Shown one piece after another: positions 18,479 to 29,032 of a stretch of 64,000 bases of DNA. Position numbers and translations under genes: made by a program. Numbering within the stretch: the first letter of the stretch is position 1; every line of letters begins with the position of its first letter. This DNA comes from Sedimentisphaerales bacterium. Its GTDB lineage: Bacteria > Planctomycetota > Phycisphaerae > Sedimentisphaerales > SM23-30. The DNA lies in the NCBI GenBank assembly GCA_963666285.1, contig OY762711.1; one strand, 5' to 3'. Below the pieces are notes generated by a model. The model ran no database searches and was not told the origin of the DNA. It was given only the letters and a program-made list of their open reading frames with translations.

Positions 18479-19696
18479 TTATTCGGTATCAGTTTTTGCA
18501 GAATTGTGTGCCGGACGATGCTGCTGGCGGTATTTATGCGGCAGCATGCCGGTGATATCCAGAAATGTGCGTCGCATATTTGAACTGTAATGGAAACCGG
18601 AACGCAGTGCGATAGCGTCAATAGACAGATCAGTTTCCAGTAGTAAATTTCTGGCAACGAGGAAATGAGCGTGGATAATTTTATTATGAATTGATGTATT
18701 GAGTGTCTGATGAAATTTCATTTGCAGCGATCGTTTGCTGATATTGACATGCTTGGCGACATCATCAACCTGCATAGGCTCGCTGTTGTGAGCGCGAACA
18801 TATTTTAATGCTTTGACAACATCAGGGTCATCAATTGCAAAAATATCGGTAGAAATACGCTCTTTTACCTGTTTAGGATGTATATTTATCCGCTGGCCGC
18901 TCATTGTTTCTTTCCCGGTAATAATCTGTTCAAGTAGGGCGGCAGCTTCATATCCGGCTTTATTAAGGTTCAGGTCGATACTTGATAGATAAGGTATGCA
19001 GATATTGCACATAGCTTCATTGTTATCTATGCCTAGTATTGCAATATCATCCGGGACAGACAAACCGCATTCCTGAGTGGTATAGCTTAAATGGCAGCCT
19101 TGTATATCACAGCTGGCAAGTATAGCAGCAGGCTTGGGCAGCCCTTTCAGCCAGTTAATCAATTCCTGCTGGCTGCGTTTCATAGTTGTGTCAGTCCATA
19201 GTTTGGCAAAGGAAAGCAGGTCGTTAGTGACATGAATCGAGTCGCCTTCAAAAGTATGCAGAGTTTTTCCTGCTTTGGCGACAATGTCAGAGAACTGACT
19301 TAACCTTTCATAGGTCCATCGGACATCAGTCATGCCGAAGAAGCCGAAATGTTCAAACTGCTTTTCTGATAAATAATCAAATGCCAGCTGGGCTACTTCG
19401 CGTGAATTGGTGCTTATATATGGTATCTCATGCATGTCCTGTAAGGTTGCATAAGCGATCACCGGCATGCCGGTGCTGGTAAGTTCTTTTGCTTTGGCAT
19501 AAGTAGGTACGCTGGCAATAGCTCCCTGGCAACCCAGTTTCTTGAGAAATGCTAAAGACTCCATTGAATTGTCCGGCCATGGTATCAGCTGAATACGGCC
19601 GGTATTTCTGACATATTGAGTTATGCCGGTGCTAAGCCCTTTATCGGTATGGCCGTTTTCATTATGTGCGAATGCTATTTTTATCTGATTTTTCAT
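18479..19696 (-). CDS. XylR-type transcriptional regulator (periplasmic-binding-protein-like sensor + AraC HTH)
   Basis: LPKPAAILASCD, VPDDIAILGIDNN, LSSIDL, RISTD, DDVAKHVNISKRSLQMKF, LLLETDLSIDAIALRSGF; ATG 19696 preferred to GTG 19735. Confidence 0.92.
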   Translation of the reverse strand: MKNQIKIAFAHNENGHTDKGLSTGITQYVRNTGRIQLIPWPDNSMESLAFLKKLGCQGAIASVPTYAKAKELTSTGMPVIAYATLQDMHEIPYISTNSREVAQLAFDYLSEKQFEHFGFFGMTDVRWTYERLSQFSDIVAKAGKTLHTFEGDSIHVTNDLLSFAKLWTDTTMKRSQQELINWLKGLPKPAAILASCDIQGCHLSYTTQECGLSVPDDIAILGIDNNEAMCNICIPYLSSIDLNLNKAGYEAAALLEQIITGKETMSGQRINIHPKQVKERISTDIFAIDDPDVVKALKYVRAHNSEPMQVDDVAKHVNISKRSLQMKFHQTLNTSIHNKIIHAHFLVARNLLLETDLSIDAIALRSGFHYSSNMRRTFLDITGMLPHKYRQQHRPAHNSAKTDTE

Positions 19697-19824
19697 GATA
19701 TCCAGAGAGAACCAAAATTCGAATATATAAAACACGTCCAGAAACTATAATTCCTACAAAATATCAGTTTTTTCTCTGATAGTCAAGCCCTTCTTGCAAA
19801 AAAGTTGTCAACAAACCTTTATTT

Positions 19825-19834
19825 TGCGCAAAAT
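19825..19834 (+). promoter_or_regulatory. TGCGCAAAAT, candidate operator site upstream of the 20-34 kb operon
   Basis: One mismatch to TGCGCGAAAT; lies in the divergent promoter region next to the XylR-type gene. Confidence 0.4.
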
Positions 19835-20070
19835 AGATTTTTTTTAGGCACAATAATGTCTTGTTGAATTTCTTTTTTTTTAGAGAATGAAACTAAGAGT
19901 ATTGGCCTGTAAATATCTAAATAATCTGTGTTATTACTGCGAAGGAAAATTAGCTGTAATTCTGTGTTAAAAATACTAAAAGGTAAATAGTTTTACATCT
20001 ATATTTGAATTGTGTATATATAGTATCATATTAGTATGATGAATTCTTGAGTAAGGAAGTACTTAATAAA

Positions 20071-23000
20071 ATGATAAGAGGTCGAAACAGTTTATTCAGC
20101 CTGTTTGGCATGATTTCACTGGCGTTTTTTTTTTCAGTCATAAATTGTAATCTAATTGCAGCAGTTCCGGCTGGTATTACAAACGATATTGAATATGGAA
20201 GTGCCGGAGGGCAAAAACTTCTGCTGGACGCTTTTGTGCCTGTAGAAGGTGATAATCATCCAATTGTTATCATGATCCATGGCGGAGGCTGGGTTGGTGG
20301 TGATAAGCAGGATATGAGTCTGCTGTATCATTCCTTGATCGAATCTGACTTTACCTGGTTTTCAATTAATTACAGGCTGGCTCCGGAGCATCGCTGGCCG
20401 GCATGTCTCGAAGATGTTCAAACTGCTATTAAATGGGTAAAAGCAAATGCATCGGATTTTAAGGGCAATCCCGATAAAATAGCATTAGTCGGGTATTCTG
20501 CCGGTGGACATTTAGCCTGTTTAGCTGCAACCAAAGAGTCTGTGCAGGCAGTTGTTGGGCTTGCTGCACCGACCGACCACCTGGCAGATTCCGGCCGTCG
20601 CGGCGGTGCAAGTGAGTGTATGCAGAAGCTTCTTGATTGCCAGAAGAAAATTGATAGCAATGTTAAAAAGAAGCTTAATGATATTTCACCGATAAACTAT
20701 CTGTCAGCTGAATTGCCGCCTTATTTGCTTATTCATGGTACCGAAGATAGGAGTGTACCTTATTCTCAGTCTATTAATTTCCAGGCAGGTCTAAAAAAGC
20801 TGAATGTTCCATGTGATTTGATGACAATTGAGGGGGCACCTCATAGAATATCAGAATGGAATAAATATTATGGAAAAGATTTCAGGCCTGAATTTGTCAG
20901 TTGGCTTAAGAAAACCCTGGATAGTGGAAAAGTAACTTCAGGTGATCTGGAATCCCAGACAATAACAGTCAGTCAGGATGGAAATGGTGATTTTAAGACT
21001 GTGCAGGCAGCCGTTGATTCGGTAACAGATTTTTCCAAGAATAAGACGGTTATAAAGATAAGGCCTGGTAATTATAAAGAAAGGATTGTTATCCCGCGAT
21101 CCAAATGTTTTATCCACTTTGTAGGTGAAGATGCTAAAAAAACAATATTGACATATGATCTTTATGCCGGGATTAAGGGTGCTGACGGAAAGGAAATAGG
21201 AACATTCCGGACACCGTCTGTGACGATTGAGGCAGATGATATAGTTATGGAAAACATCACAATTGAAAATAGTGCCGGTGATGTTGGCCAGGCGGTTGCT
21301 TTAGCTGTATTAGGAGACCGGATTGTCTTCAGGAATTGCCGATTGCTGGGCTGGCAGGATACTCTGCTGGATCAGGCAGGCAGACATTATTATGAGAATT
21401 GCTATATCGCCGGGCATTGTGATTTTATCTTTGGCGGTGGCACGGCATTCTTCGAAAAATGTCATATACATTGTATTTCTGCCAGTTATATAACAGCTGC
21501 TTCTACCCCGCAATATCAGAAATACGGTTATATATTTTCCAATTGCAGGATTACCGGTGAGCCGGAAAAGGCCAAGGTGTACCTGGGCCGACCATGGCGA
21601 GATTATGCTTATGTTGCATATCTGAATTGTGAAATGGAAGATATGATACGGCCGCAGGGCTGGCATAACTGGGGAAAGCCGAATCGTGAAAAGACTTCCC
21701 GTTATTATGAGTATAACAATTCCGGGCCGGGAGCGAATCAGGATAAAAGAGTATCCTGGCTTAAAGTGTTAACAGATGAGCAGGCAGAGCAGTTAACGCC
21801 GGAAAATGTTTTATCCGGTACAGATAGTTGGAATCCGTTGACAGGTATATCTCAGCCGTCTGTTGAGTTGAGCAGAACTCAAGGCGAGGCTCGTGAACTG
21901 GTTGAAAAAGTAAAAAAAAATAAGAATGTATACCTGGCTGTTAATAACAGCAGTGAAAATAGTGATGGACTATATCTGACATACAGCTATGATGGCTTTA
22001 AGTGGGAAGCACTGGGAGCTCCACTTATTACTGTTCAGCCGGGAGACCGGAAAAAGATGCTGAATGCCGGTCTGTTGAGAGATAAGGATGGTACTTTTCA
22101 CCTTATCTGGCAGGCTGGTGAGAGGCCGGAAACCGGTTTTGGTTATGCCTGGTCTAAAGACCTGAAGAACTGGTCCGAACAGAAATATATCAATCTTATG
22201 AGCGAGCATAAGGCTTATGATCTTATAAACCCTCATATTTATTATGATACCAATCTGTCAAAATACATAATAACCTGGGCTTCGACTCTACCGGGAAACT
22301 ACTACCAGGCTTACCAGGAAGATGCAGACAATAATCCCCGTTTATGGTTTACTGTAACAGATGATTTTGAAACTTTTGCCCCGGCAAAAAACTTTATTGA
22401 ACCCGGATATCGTATCGATGATGCGATAATAGTTAAAGATGATAATCAGTATGTGCTGGTCCATGAGGACAGCAGGAAAAGATATCGTACTTTGCGTTTT
22501 GCCTTTTCCGATTCGCCTTTTAAGCCCTGGCAGAGATTCACTGGCGGTCTAACCTTTGATTCAGTAAGTTCTCCTGTTGTGCTGGAAGAAGATGATATAC
22601 ATGTTGTCTATTACAAGAATGATAATGATGGTTACAATGCATTAATTACTGAGGATTTCAGGCATTGCACCGATATTTCAGATGAGATATCGATTCCGAC
22701 CGAGGTAAAGCTGGGGGATATAGTAAAAGTTGACCTTGCTGCTTTACAGGGGCTGATGAAATATGCAGAAAGGGCAACTGGAGAAAACAGCATTGTAACC
22801 AGGGAAGAAATAGAGCCGATAAGGGCACCTTTCCCTATGCCGGAGTTAAAGAGACCGGAGATTCCCGGAACAATATTTGATATTCGTGAATATGGTGCTG
22901 TAAATGACGGCAAAACATATAATACAAAAGCTTTTGCTGCTGCAATAAAAGATTGTGTTGAAGCAGGTGGTGGGCGGGTGCTTGTGCCGTCAGGAAAATG

Positions 23001-24264
23001 GTTTACCGGCCCGATCCATCTTGCCGGCAATATAGACCTGCATCTTGCGGAAGGTGCCGAGATAATTTTTAGTGACCGGTGTGAGGATTATCTGCCGGTT
23101 GTTCTTGTCAGGGGCGGCGGTGTTGAGTTTTATAATTATTCACCGCTTATTTATGCCCGAGATTGTGAAAATATTGCGATAACAGGTACCGGGAAACTTA
23201 ACGGTAATGCCAAAGCCTGGTGGACTATGAAAGGAAAGGAAACCGGCAAGTTTTTTGAGATGGCTGCCAAAGGTATTCCAGTTGAACAGCGGGTATTTGG
23301 AACAAGAGAAGATGCAATCCGTCCGAGCTTTTTATGTTTGTTTAATTGTAAGAATATACTGCTGGAAGATTTTACGATCGGCAGCGGGCCAAACTGGACG
23401 GTACACCCGATATACTGCGAAAATGTGATTATTCGCAAAGTTAAGGTAATTACAGACGGGCCGAATAATGATGGTATTGACCCGGATTCCTGCAGGAATG
23501 TCTTGATCGAGCATTGTCTGTTTGATACCGGTGATGATTGTGTGGTGCTTAAATCAGGCTATAACGAAGATGGATGGCGGGTTGGCAGGCCGACCGAAAA
23601 TGTGGTTATGAGGTATTGTGCCAGTAAACGCGGTCACGGCGGTCTGGTAATCGGCAGTGAGATGTCGGGTGATGTACGTAATGTATTTATGCACGATTGT
23701 GAATTTGAAGGTACTGACAGGGCTGTGCGTATAAAGTCAAAGCGAGGCCGGGGAGGGGTGGTTGAAAATGTATGGGCACGTGACTTGAAGCTGAAGAATA
23801 TGCAGCGGGAGGCTGTTATTTTGAATATGGTATACGGTTCAGACAGAAACAAGGTTTCAAATGAAAAGGCACCAACGTTCAGAAATATCCATATAAGTAA
23901 TCTGACCTGTGAAGGAGCTCCTGCTGCGATCCAGATGCGTGCATTGGATGATTCGCCGATTGAAAATGTTACTCTTGAAAATGTTAGTATTATCTCAACA
24001 AAAGGGGTAATATGTGAAAATATAAAAAATGTGGTTTTTGACCATGTTAGTGTAGTACCTGCCAAAGGACCGGTTTACCAGTTGTACAATGGTTCTAATC
24101 TGCTGATAAGTAATAATTCTATTGCAGATGGAACAAAGGTATTTCTGGAGGTTTCAGGTGACAAGACTTCTGATATTGTAATAAGAGATACGAATCTGTC
24201 AAAAGCTGTTCAGGCTGTTGCTGCAAAAGACGGGGCCGAAATTACGGCTGTAAAATTTGAATAA
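20071..24264 (+). CDS. Four-module pectinase: alpha/beta-hydrolase esterase + CE8 pectin methylesterase + GH43-like beta-propeller + GH28 polygalacturonase
   Basis: HGGGW/GYSAGG/HG.ED (esterase); QAVAL, GWQDTL, CDFIFG, LGRPW (CE8); YSYDG..W, FGYAWSKDL.NW (propeller); NNDGID, TGDD, GHG, RIK (GH28); start ATG 20071 or TTG 20047. Confidence 0.88.
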   Translation: MIRGRNSLFSLFGMISLAFFFSVINCNLIAAVPAGITNDIEYGSAGGQKLLLDAFVPVEGDNHPIVIMIHGGGWVGGDKQDMSLLYHSLIESDFTWFSINYRLAPEHRWPACLEDVQTAIKWVKANASDFKGNPDKIALVGYSAGGHLACLAATKESVQAVVGLAAPTDHLADSGRRGGASECMQKLLDCQKKIDSNVKKKLNDISPINYLSAELPPYLLIHGTEDRSVPYSQSINFQAGLKKLNVPCDLMTIEGAPHRISEWNKYYGKDFRPEFVSWLKKTLDSGKVTSGDLESQTITVSQDGNGDFKTVQAAVDSVTDFSKNKTVIKIRPGNYKERIVIPRSKCFIHFVGEDAKKTILTYDLYAGIKGADGKEIGTFRTPSVTIEADDIVMENITIENSAGDVGQAVALAVLGDRIVFRNCRLLGWQDTLLDQAGRHYYENCYIAGHCDFIFGGGTAFFEKCHIHCISASYITAASTPQYQKYGYIFSNCRITGEPEKAKVYLGRPWRDYAYVAYLNCEMEDMIRPQGWHNWGKPNREKTSRYYEYNNSGPGANQDKRVSWLKVLTDEQAEQLTPENVLSGTDSWNPLTGISQPSVELSRTQGEARELVEKVKKNKNVYLAVNNSSENSDGLYLTYSYDGFKWEALGAPLITVQPGDRKKMLNAGLLRDKDGTFHLIWQAGERPETGFGYAWSKDLKNWSEQKYINLMSEHKAYDLINPHIYYDTNLSKYIITWASTLPGNYYQAYQEDADNNPRLWFTVTDDFETFAPAKNFIEPGYRIDDAIIVKDDNQYVLVHEDSRKRYRTLRFAFSDSPFKPWQRFTGGLTFDSVSSPVVLEEDDIHVVYYKNDNDGYNALITEDFRHCTDISDEISIPTEVKLGDIVKVDLAALQGLMKYAERATGENSIVTREEIEPIRAPFPMPELKRPEIPGTIFDIREYGAVNDGKTYNTKAFAAAIKDCVEAGGGRVLVPSGKWFTGPIHLAGNIDLHLAEGAEIIFSDRCEDYLPVVLVRGGGVEFYNYSPLIYARDCENIAITGTGKLNGNAKAWWTMKGKETGKFFEMAAKGIPVEQRVFGTREDAIRPSFLCLFNCKNILLEDFTIGSGPNWTVHPIYCENVIIRKVKVITDGPNNDGIDPDSCRNVLIEHCLFDTGDDCVVLKSGYNEDGWRVGRPTENVVMRYCASKRGHGGLVIGSEMSGDVRNVFMHDCEFEGTDRAVRIKSKRGRGGVVENVWARDLKLKNMQREAVILNMVYGSDRNKVSNEKAPTFRNIHISNLTCEGAPAAIQMRALDDSPIENVTLENVSIISTKGVICENIKNVVFDHVSVVPAKGPVYQLYNGSNLLISNNSIADGTKVFLEVSGDKTSDIVIRDTNLSKAVQAVAAKDGAEITAVKFE

Positions 24265-24277
24265 TAAAGGAATATGA

Positions 24278-26533
24278 ATGTTTGGCCTTGAGATAATTGA
24301 TATTATTGTAATTGTTCTTTATTTTGCGGTTATGATCGCGATTGGTTTCTGGTCATCCCGCCGGATAAATAACCAGGAAGATTATTTTCTTGCCGGGCGA
24401 CGTTTTGGCAAGCTGGTACAGACATTTGCTGCTTTTGGCCAGGCAACATCTTCGGATAATGCGGTAGGGGTAACAACAACAACATTCAATAATGGTATCG
24501 CAGGTATATGGAGTTCTATGCTCTATTTGTTTGCTACGCCATTGTACTGGCTTGTAACCCACTGGCCGCGGCGTATGCGTGTTCTCACGCTTGGCGACTA
24601 TTTTTCCGAGCGGTTTAACTCAGTCAAAATGGGAGCAGTATATTCGCTGATTGGCTCAGTTGGTATGATGGCCTTTATTGCCCTGGGTTTCAGTGCGATG
24701 ACCAAGACTATTCTTGTTATCACCCCCAAAGATGCGTCAAGCTATACGCAAAGTGAAATTGCCCGGTATAATAAGGCTTACGAGTCAGAGAAGATATCAC
24801 TTGAGGCCGCAGGAAATGCAGTTGATATACTGACATTTGAGCAGTTGCTGGAACGCCAGCAGATCAGGGGTATTGATGCTTCTGAACGAAGTGCCGACCA
24901 GACAGCCCGTCTGGCGGCTCTGGATGAGTTTAAGCCGGCAACTTTAATATCACATCTGTCCGAAAGTGTGCTGATCTGGTCTGTATGTGTAATTGTATTG
25001 TTGTACGCGGTTGTAGGCGGCCTGGAAGCGGCATTTCTCACCGATATGATACAGGGGGTATTTATTATTATCCTTTCGGTGATGCTTATCCCATTCAGCT
25101 GGGCAAAGATAAATGACCTTTACGGCGGCAGTTCGATAGTGGATGCCATGCATACGATACACCAGAAGCTGCCGGAATCATATTTTAAGATATTCGGTGC
25201 TCCGCAGACACCTGATTTTACCTGGTACTATGTGATTACCCTGTCATTTATGGCAGCTATTACCGTGGTAGTACAGCCAAACGGTGCAGTTCTGGCCGGT
25301 TCTGCCAAAGATGAGCTGTCGAACCGTTCCGGTGTGGTAATGGGAAATTTCCTGAAGCGGTTCTGTACTGTTTTCTGGGCGATATTCGGGCTGGGTGCAA
25401 TTGTGTTGTACAGCGGTAAAGTTATTCATTCCGATCTGGTCTGGGGTTATGCTACTCTTGATCTGCTTGGATCTTTGAATATTGGACTGGTAGGGCTGAT
25501 GATAGCCTGTCTGATGGCGGCCCTGATGTCGACGGTGGATTGTTATATGATAACCTGTGCGAGTCTGCTGACCCATAACTTCTATTATCCGCTTGTTTCA
25601 AATCGCAGTCAGAAGCATTATGTCTGGGCAGGTCGGTTTTTTGGAGCATTGGTAGTGCTTGGCGGTGCGTGGGTGGCATTGCAGTTTGACACAATTCTGC
25701 AGATATTGAAATTTATCTGGGAAATCAATGTAATGCTGGCCCCGGCATACTGGCTTGGTATCAAATGGCGCAGGGCGAATCGTATTGGAGCCTGGATGTC
25801 GATTGGCATTGGTGCATTGCTGTTTCTGATCATACCGGTAATGGCACCGGTAATTAGTACGCAGATGCGTTACCAGGAATCTCTGCTGAGGACTACCCAG
25901 CCGGCACCGAGAGTTGTTGTAGAAACCGCAAGCGAATTTGATGTTCGGCAGAGAAATGAAGAAATATTACGCTGGGAAAACCTGGATAAACAAGGTAAGG
26001 CAGCTGAAGCCAAACCGGCTGTACTCAATATTGGAGATGAATTTGAGCAGGAATATACATTTTCAAGTAGAAGTATTTTCTGGACTCAGGGTATCAAAGC
26101 AGATGCTGACGGTAAATTATACGGTAAAGGCCGGTTCAATATAGAACTGTGGATAATGGAAAAGTGTGGCTGTAACCTGCAGACCAATCCATATGCCCTG
26201 AATGAGACCTTGCGTATATTATTCCGTACACTGCTGCCGTTTGTAATACTGATTGTTACGTCGCTGCTGACAAAACCTGACCCGGAGGGTACCTTGGATA
26301 ACTTCTATGCAAAGATGCGGACAAAAGTTAATCCTGACCCTGAAATAGATGCCCGTGAAGTTGAACTATCGGTGCAGAATCCGGCCCGTTATAATAATTT
26401 ACTGCTGCTGCCGAAAACGCAGTTTGAATTGTATAAGTGGAACAGGCAGGACTGGATAGGTTTTATCCTGTCAGTTGCAGGTGTCGGACTTGTACTATTG
26501 TTTATATGGATAGTTGTGGTGGTTGGAAGCTGA
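24278..26533 (+). CDS. Sodium:solute symporter (SSS family), probable sugar/uronate transporter
   Basis: EDYFLAGRRFG, YAVVGGLEAAFLTDMIQG, LMAALMST; many TM segments; two long hydrophilic insertions. Confidence 0.9.
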   Translation: MFGLEIIDIIVIVLYFAVMIAIGFWSSRRINNQEDYFLAGRRFGKLVQTFAAFGQATSSDNAVGVTTTTFNNGIAGIWSSMLYLFATPLYWLVTHWPRRMRVLTLGDYFSERFNSVKMGAVYSLIGSVGMMAFIALGFSAMTKTILVITPKDASSYTQSEIARYNKAYESEKISLEAAGNAVDILTFEQLLERQQIRGIDASERSADQTARLAALDEFKPATLISHLSESVLIWSVCVIVLLYAVVGGLEAAFLTDMIQGVFIIILSVMLIPFSWAKINDLYGGSSIVDAMHTIHQKLPESYFKIFGAPQTPDFTWYYVITLSFMAAITVVVQPNGAVLAGSAKDELSNRSGVVMGNFLKRFCTVFWAIFGLGAIVLYSGKVIHSDLVWGYATLDLLGSLNIGLVGLMIACLMAALMSTVDCYMITCASLLTHNFYYPLVSNRSQKHYVWAGRFFGALVVLGGAWVALQFDTILQILKFIWEINVMLAPAYWLGIKWRRANRIGAWMSIGIGALLFLIIPVMAPVISTQMRYQESLLRTTQPAPRVVVETASEFDVRQRNEEILRWENLDKQGKAAEAKPAVLNIGDEFEQEYTFSSRSIFWTQGIKADADGKLYGKGRFNIELWIMEKCGCNLQTNPYALNETLRILFRTLLPFVILIVTSLLTKPDPEGTLDNFYAKMRTKVNPDPEIDAREVELSVQNPARYNNLLLLPKTQFELYKWNRQDWIGFILSVAGVGLVLLFIWIVVVVGS

Positions 26534-26569
26534 AAGAGCAAATATTATTTTTGAGAAAGGTATATTAGT

Positions 26570-29032
26570 ATGTTTAGATTAAAGAACTGGTTCATATTCT
26601 GTTTTGTGTGCATGGTTGGCTGGAGTTCTATTGTTTATGCCCAGATTACAGACGAGCAGGGCTGGAAGATGATGCCGCAGATACTGCAAAATATTCAACC
26701 GCCGGTATTTCCAGGCAAAGACTTCGTTATTACAAAATATGGTGCTCGGGGCAATGCTGATTATGATTGTACTGAAGCTTTCAGGAAAGCTATTGACGCC
26801 TGTAGCAGTGCCGGAGGTGGCAGGGTGGTAGTACCGGCAGGTACGTATCTGACCGGTGCCATTCATTTGAAGAGCAATGTCAATCTGTACCTTGAAAAAG
26901 ACTCGGTTATCAGCTTTTTTACCAATACCGATGATTATCCGATGGTTTATACCCGTTTTGAAGGTACTGAATGTATGAACTTTTCCCCGCTGGTATACGC
27001 GTTTGAACAGGAAAATATTGCGATTACCGGTAAAGGTACCCTGGATGGTAACGGCAGCAACTCTAACTGGTGGCGCTGGCAGTGGACCCAGAAGCAGGAT
27101 GTAATTTCGCTTTGTAAGCAGGGTGATGATAATGTACCGGTAAAAGACAGGATATTTGGCAAAGGTCATAAACTTCGACCGAATATGATCCAGCCATACC
27201 GCTGTAAGAATATTTTGATCGAAGGTGTTACAATCAAAAACAGCCCAATGTGGCATATTCATCCTGTTTTGAGTGAAAATATTACAGTTCGAAAAGTCAC
27301 AGTTGTCGGACATGGCCCAAATAATGACGGTTGTAATCCTGAATGTTGTAAAAATGTGCTTATCGAGGATTGCCATTTTGATACCGGAGATGACTGTATA
27401 GCAATCAAATCGGGAAGAAATAACGATGGCCGCAGGGTCAATGTTGCCAGTGAAAATATTATTGTCAGGGGCTGTGTAATGAAAGACGGTCATGGCGGTG
27501 TTGTAATTGGCAGTGAGATTTCAGGCAGTGCCCGTAACATTTTTGCCGAAGACTGTATTATGGACAGCCCGAACCTGGATCGCGGCCTGCGTATAAAGAC
27601 TAATTCCGTTCGCGGCGGAGTTGTAGAAAATGTTTTTATGCGAAATGTGGTAATGAAGCAGGTAAGAGAAGCGGCTTTAAAGATTAATTTCCATTACCAG
27701 GAAGGTGATAACGGAGATTTTCCACCTAAGGTTCGTAATATTTTCATGACCAACGTTCATTGCTATAAGAGCAAGTATCCCTGGCATATCCGTGGATACG
27801 ATCATAACCCAATTGAAAATGTCGTTTTAACTGGCTGTACCTTTGAGAATACTGAAAAAGAAGGTCTTACTGAAGGGATCAAAGGCTTAAAGATTATACC
27901 GAAGAAAGAGTTCAGTATCTATGACGATTGGGCCGAAAAAATGACCTATACGGTCATGAAAAGAAATGCCGATCTCAAGACTGTCGATTTTGGTACCAGC
28001 CTCAAGTGGAGTTATACCTATGGACTGGTATATAAGGCGATGTGGCATGTCTGGGAGAAAACCGGCGATCCAAAAATACTTGCCTATATCGAAAGCTATT
28101 ATGACACGATGATCGAAGATGATGGCACTATCAAGACTTATGATATTAAAAAGTACAATATTGATATGATCAATGCCGGTAAAGCCCTGATTTATCTATA
28201 CGATGAAACAAAGAAGGAAAAATATCTAAAAGCTATCAATACTCTCCGCGAACAGATGAAGCATCATCCGCGTACCAGTGATGGCGGTTTCTGGCATAAG
28301 AAGAGATATCCGCACCAGATGTGGCTGGACGGATTGTATATGGGGTCGCCGTTTCTGGCCCAGTATGCGAAACGTTTTGATGAGCCGCGGCTGTTTAACG
28401 ATGTAGCCAACCAGATTATTCTTATGGAACAGCATGCACGTGACCCTAAGACGGGATTGCTTTATCATGCCTGGGATGAGAGTCGTGAACAGAAATGGTC
28501 TAATCCGGAAACCGGTCAGGCTCCTCATTTCTGGGGGCGTGCTATGGGCTGGTATGCAATGGCTGTTGTTGATGTTCTTGATGATTTGCCTCAGAATCAT
28601 CCCAAACGCGGCGAGATTATAGCAATACTGGATCGCATGTTTACCGCACTGGCTAAAGTGCAGGATAGTAATACTGGTCTCTGGTACCAGGTATTGGACC
28701 AGGGCGACCGAAAAGGTAATTACCTGGAAGCGACAGCATCCAGTATGTTTGTTTATTCAATGGCCAAGGCGGTTCGTATGGGCTATGTAGATAAGAAGTT
28801 CCTTGATGTTGCCGAAAAAGGGTATAAGGGGATTCTCAATGAGTTGGTTTCCATTGACGAAAATGGCTATGTCGATCTGCATCAGTGTTGTGCAGTTGCC
28901 GGTTTAGGTGGTAATCCGTATAGAGATGGTTCTTTCGAATACTATATTGGCGAAAAAGTGCGTAAAAATGATCCGAAAGGTGTAGGCCCGTTTATTTTAG
29001 CAGGTCTTGAGTTTGAAAGGCTAGCCAGGTAA
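26570..29032 (+). CDS. GH28 polygalacturonase fused to GH105 unsaturated (rhamno)galacturonyl hydrolase
   Basis: GH28: NNDGCNP, TGDD, GHGG, RIK; GH105: YNIDMINAG, GGFWHK..YPHQMWLDGLYM, WGRAMGW, GNYLEATAS, NDPKGVGPF. Confidence 0.92.
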   Translation: MFRLKNWFIFCFVCMVGWSSIVYAQITDEQGWKMMPQILQNIQPPVFPGKDFVITKYGARGNADYDCTEAFRKAIDACSSAGGGRVVVPAGTYLTGAIHLKSNVNLYLEKDSVISFFTNTDDYPMVYTRFEGTECMNFSPLVYAFEQENIAITGKGTLDGNGSNSNWWRWQWTQKQDVISLCKQGDDNVPVKDRIFGKGHKLRPNMIQPYRCKNILIEGVTIKNSPMWHIHPVLSENITVRKVTVVGHGPNNDGCNPECCKNVLIEDCHFDTGDDCIAIKSGRNNDGRRVNVASENIIVRGCVMKDGHGGVVIGSEISGSARNIFAEDCIMDSPNLDRGLRIKTNSVRGGVVENVFMRNVVMKQVREAALKINFHYQEGDNGDFPPKVRNIFMTNVHCYKSKYPWHIRGYDHNPIENVVLTGCTFENTEKEGLTEGIKGLKIIPKKEFSIYDDWAEKMTYTVMKRNADLKTVDFGTSLKWSYTYGLVYKAMWHVWEKTGDPKILAYIESYYDTMIEDDGTIKTYDIKKYNIDMINAGKALIYLYDETKKEKYLKAINTLREQMKHHPRTSDGGFWHKKRYPHQMWLDGLYMGSPFLAQYAKRFDEPRLFNDVANQIILMEQHARDPKTGLLYHAWDESREQKWSNPETGQAPHFWGRAMGWYAMAVVDVLDDLPQNHPKRGEIIAILDRMFTALAKVQDSNTGLWYQVLDQGDRKGNYLEATASSMFVYSMAKAVRMGYVDKKFLDVAEKGYKGILNELVSIDENGYVDLHQCCAVAGLGGNPYRDGSFEYYIGEKVRKNDPKGVGPFILAGLEFERLAR

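Noticed and set aside
26579..27493. 304-aa antisense ORF, and the many shorter antisense or alternate-frame ORFs in the track
   Set aside because: They lie inside well-supported CAZyme genes, lack motifs, and are explained by codon bias of the real frame
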